This document shows positions 37,867-37,868 of a stretch of 37,868 nucleotides of DNA, one piece after another. The stretch covers positions 1 to 37,868 of the forward strand of contig JBBDTI010000046.1 of the NCBI GenBank assembly GCA_040904565.1. Direction: 5' to 3'. Position 1 is the first letter of the stretch, and each line of letters starts with the position of its first letter. The DNA comes from Rhodothermales bacterium. Its GTDB lineage: Bacteria; Bacteroidota; Rhodothermia; Rhodothermales; VXPQ01. The position numbers and the translations under genes were made by a program. Under the pieces are notes generated by a model. The model was not told the DNA's origin, made no database searches, and saw only the letters and a list, made by a program, of their open reading frames with translations.

Positions 37867-37868
37867 GA

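Overview
High-GC, densely coding core-chromosome window. It is most consistent with a Rhodothermota (Rhodothermales-like, FCB group) bacterium. This is inferred from a DnaK starting [10 protein letters not shown] without grpE/dnaJ, the polyprenyl synthase-HPr-EI linkage, pgsA-pyrE-cinA-recA and acidic proteins. Contents in order: a partial Nfu_N gene (missed by the ORF track); a YqjE/holin-like and DUF3618-like pair; adk; a GGPP-synthase-like gene; ptsH and ptsI with no enzyme II; a POTRA-less Omp85 protein with an N-terminal HExxH zincin and PD40 propeller, followed by a BamB-like lipoprotein and a PEGA-like protein; yqeY; cvpA; an EamA transporter; a MerR-type regulator; a SAM-methyltransferase/ATP-grasp fusion; tRNA-Pro(GGG); a Gfo/Idh/MocA-HAD-TIM barrel-TMEM220 cluster; a hybrid kinase; a methyltransferase/flavoprotein pair lacking its usual type III PKS; PAP2; sua5; SpoIID; a PDZ-containing LytS/LytTR system; tatD; dnaK; pgsA; pyrE; cinA; recA. 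No integrase, transposase, prophage or CRISPR array was seen. The best candidates for undescribed biology are the peptidase-propeller-Omp85 module and the methyltransferase-ATP-grasp fusion. Several non-coding signals also deserve checking: repeats and a sigma54-like site before dnaK, repeats before recA, and a hairpin-dense intergenic region. All family calls come from motif recognition by eye; no searches were run.
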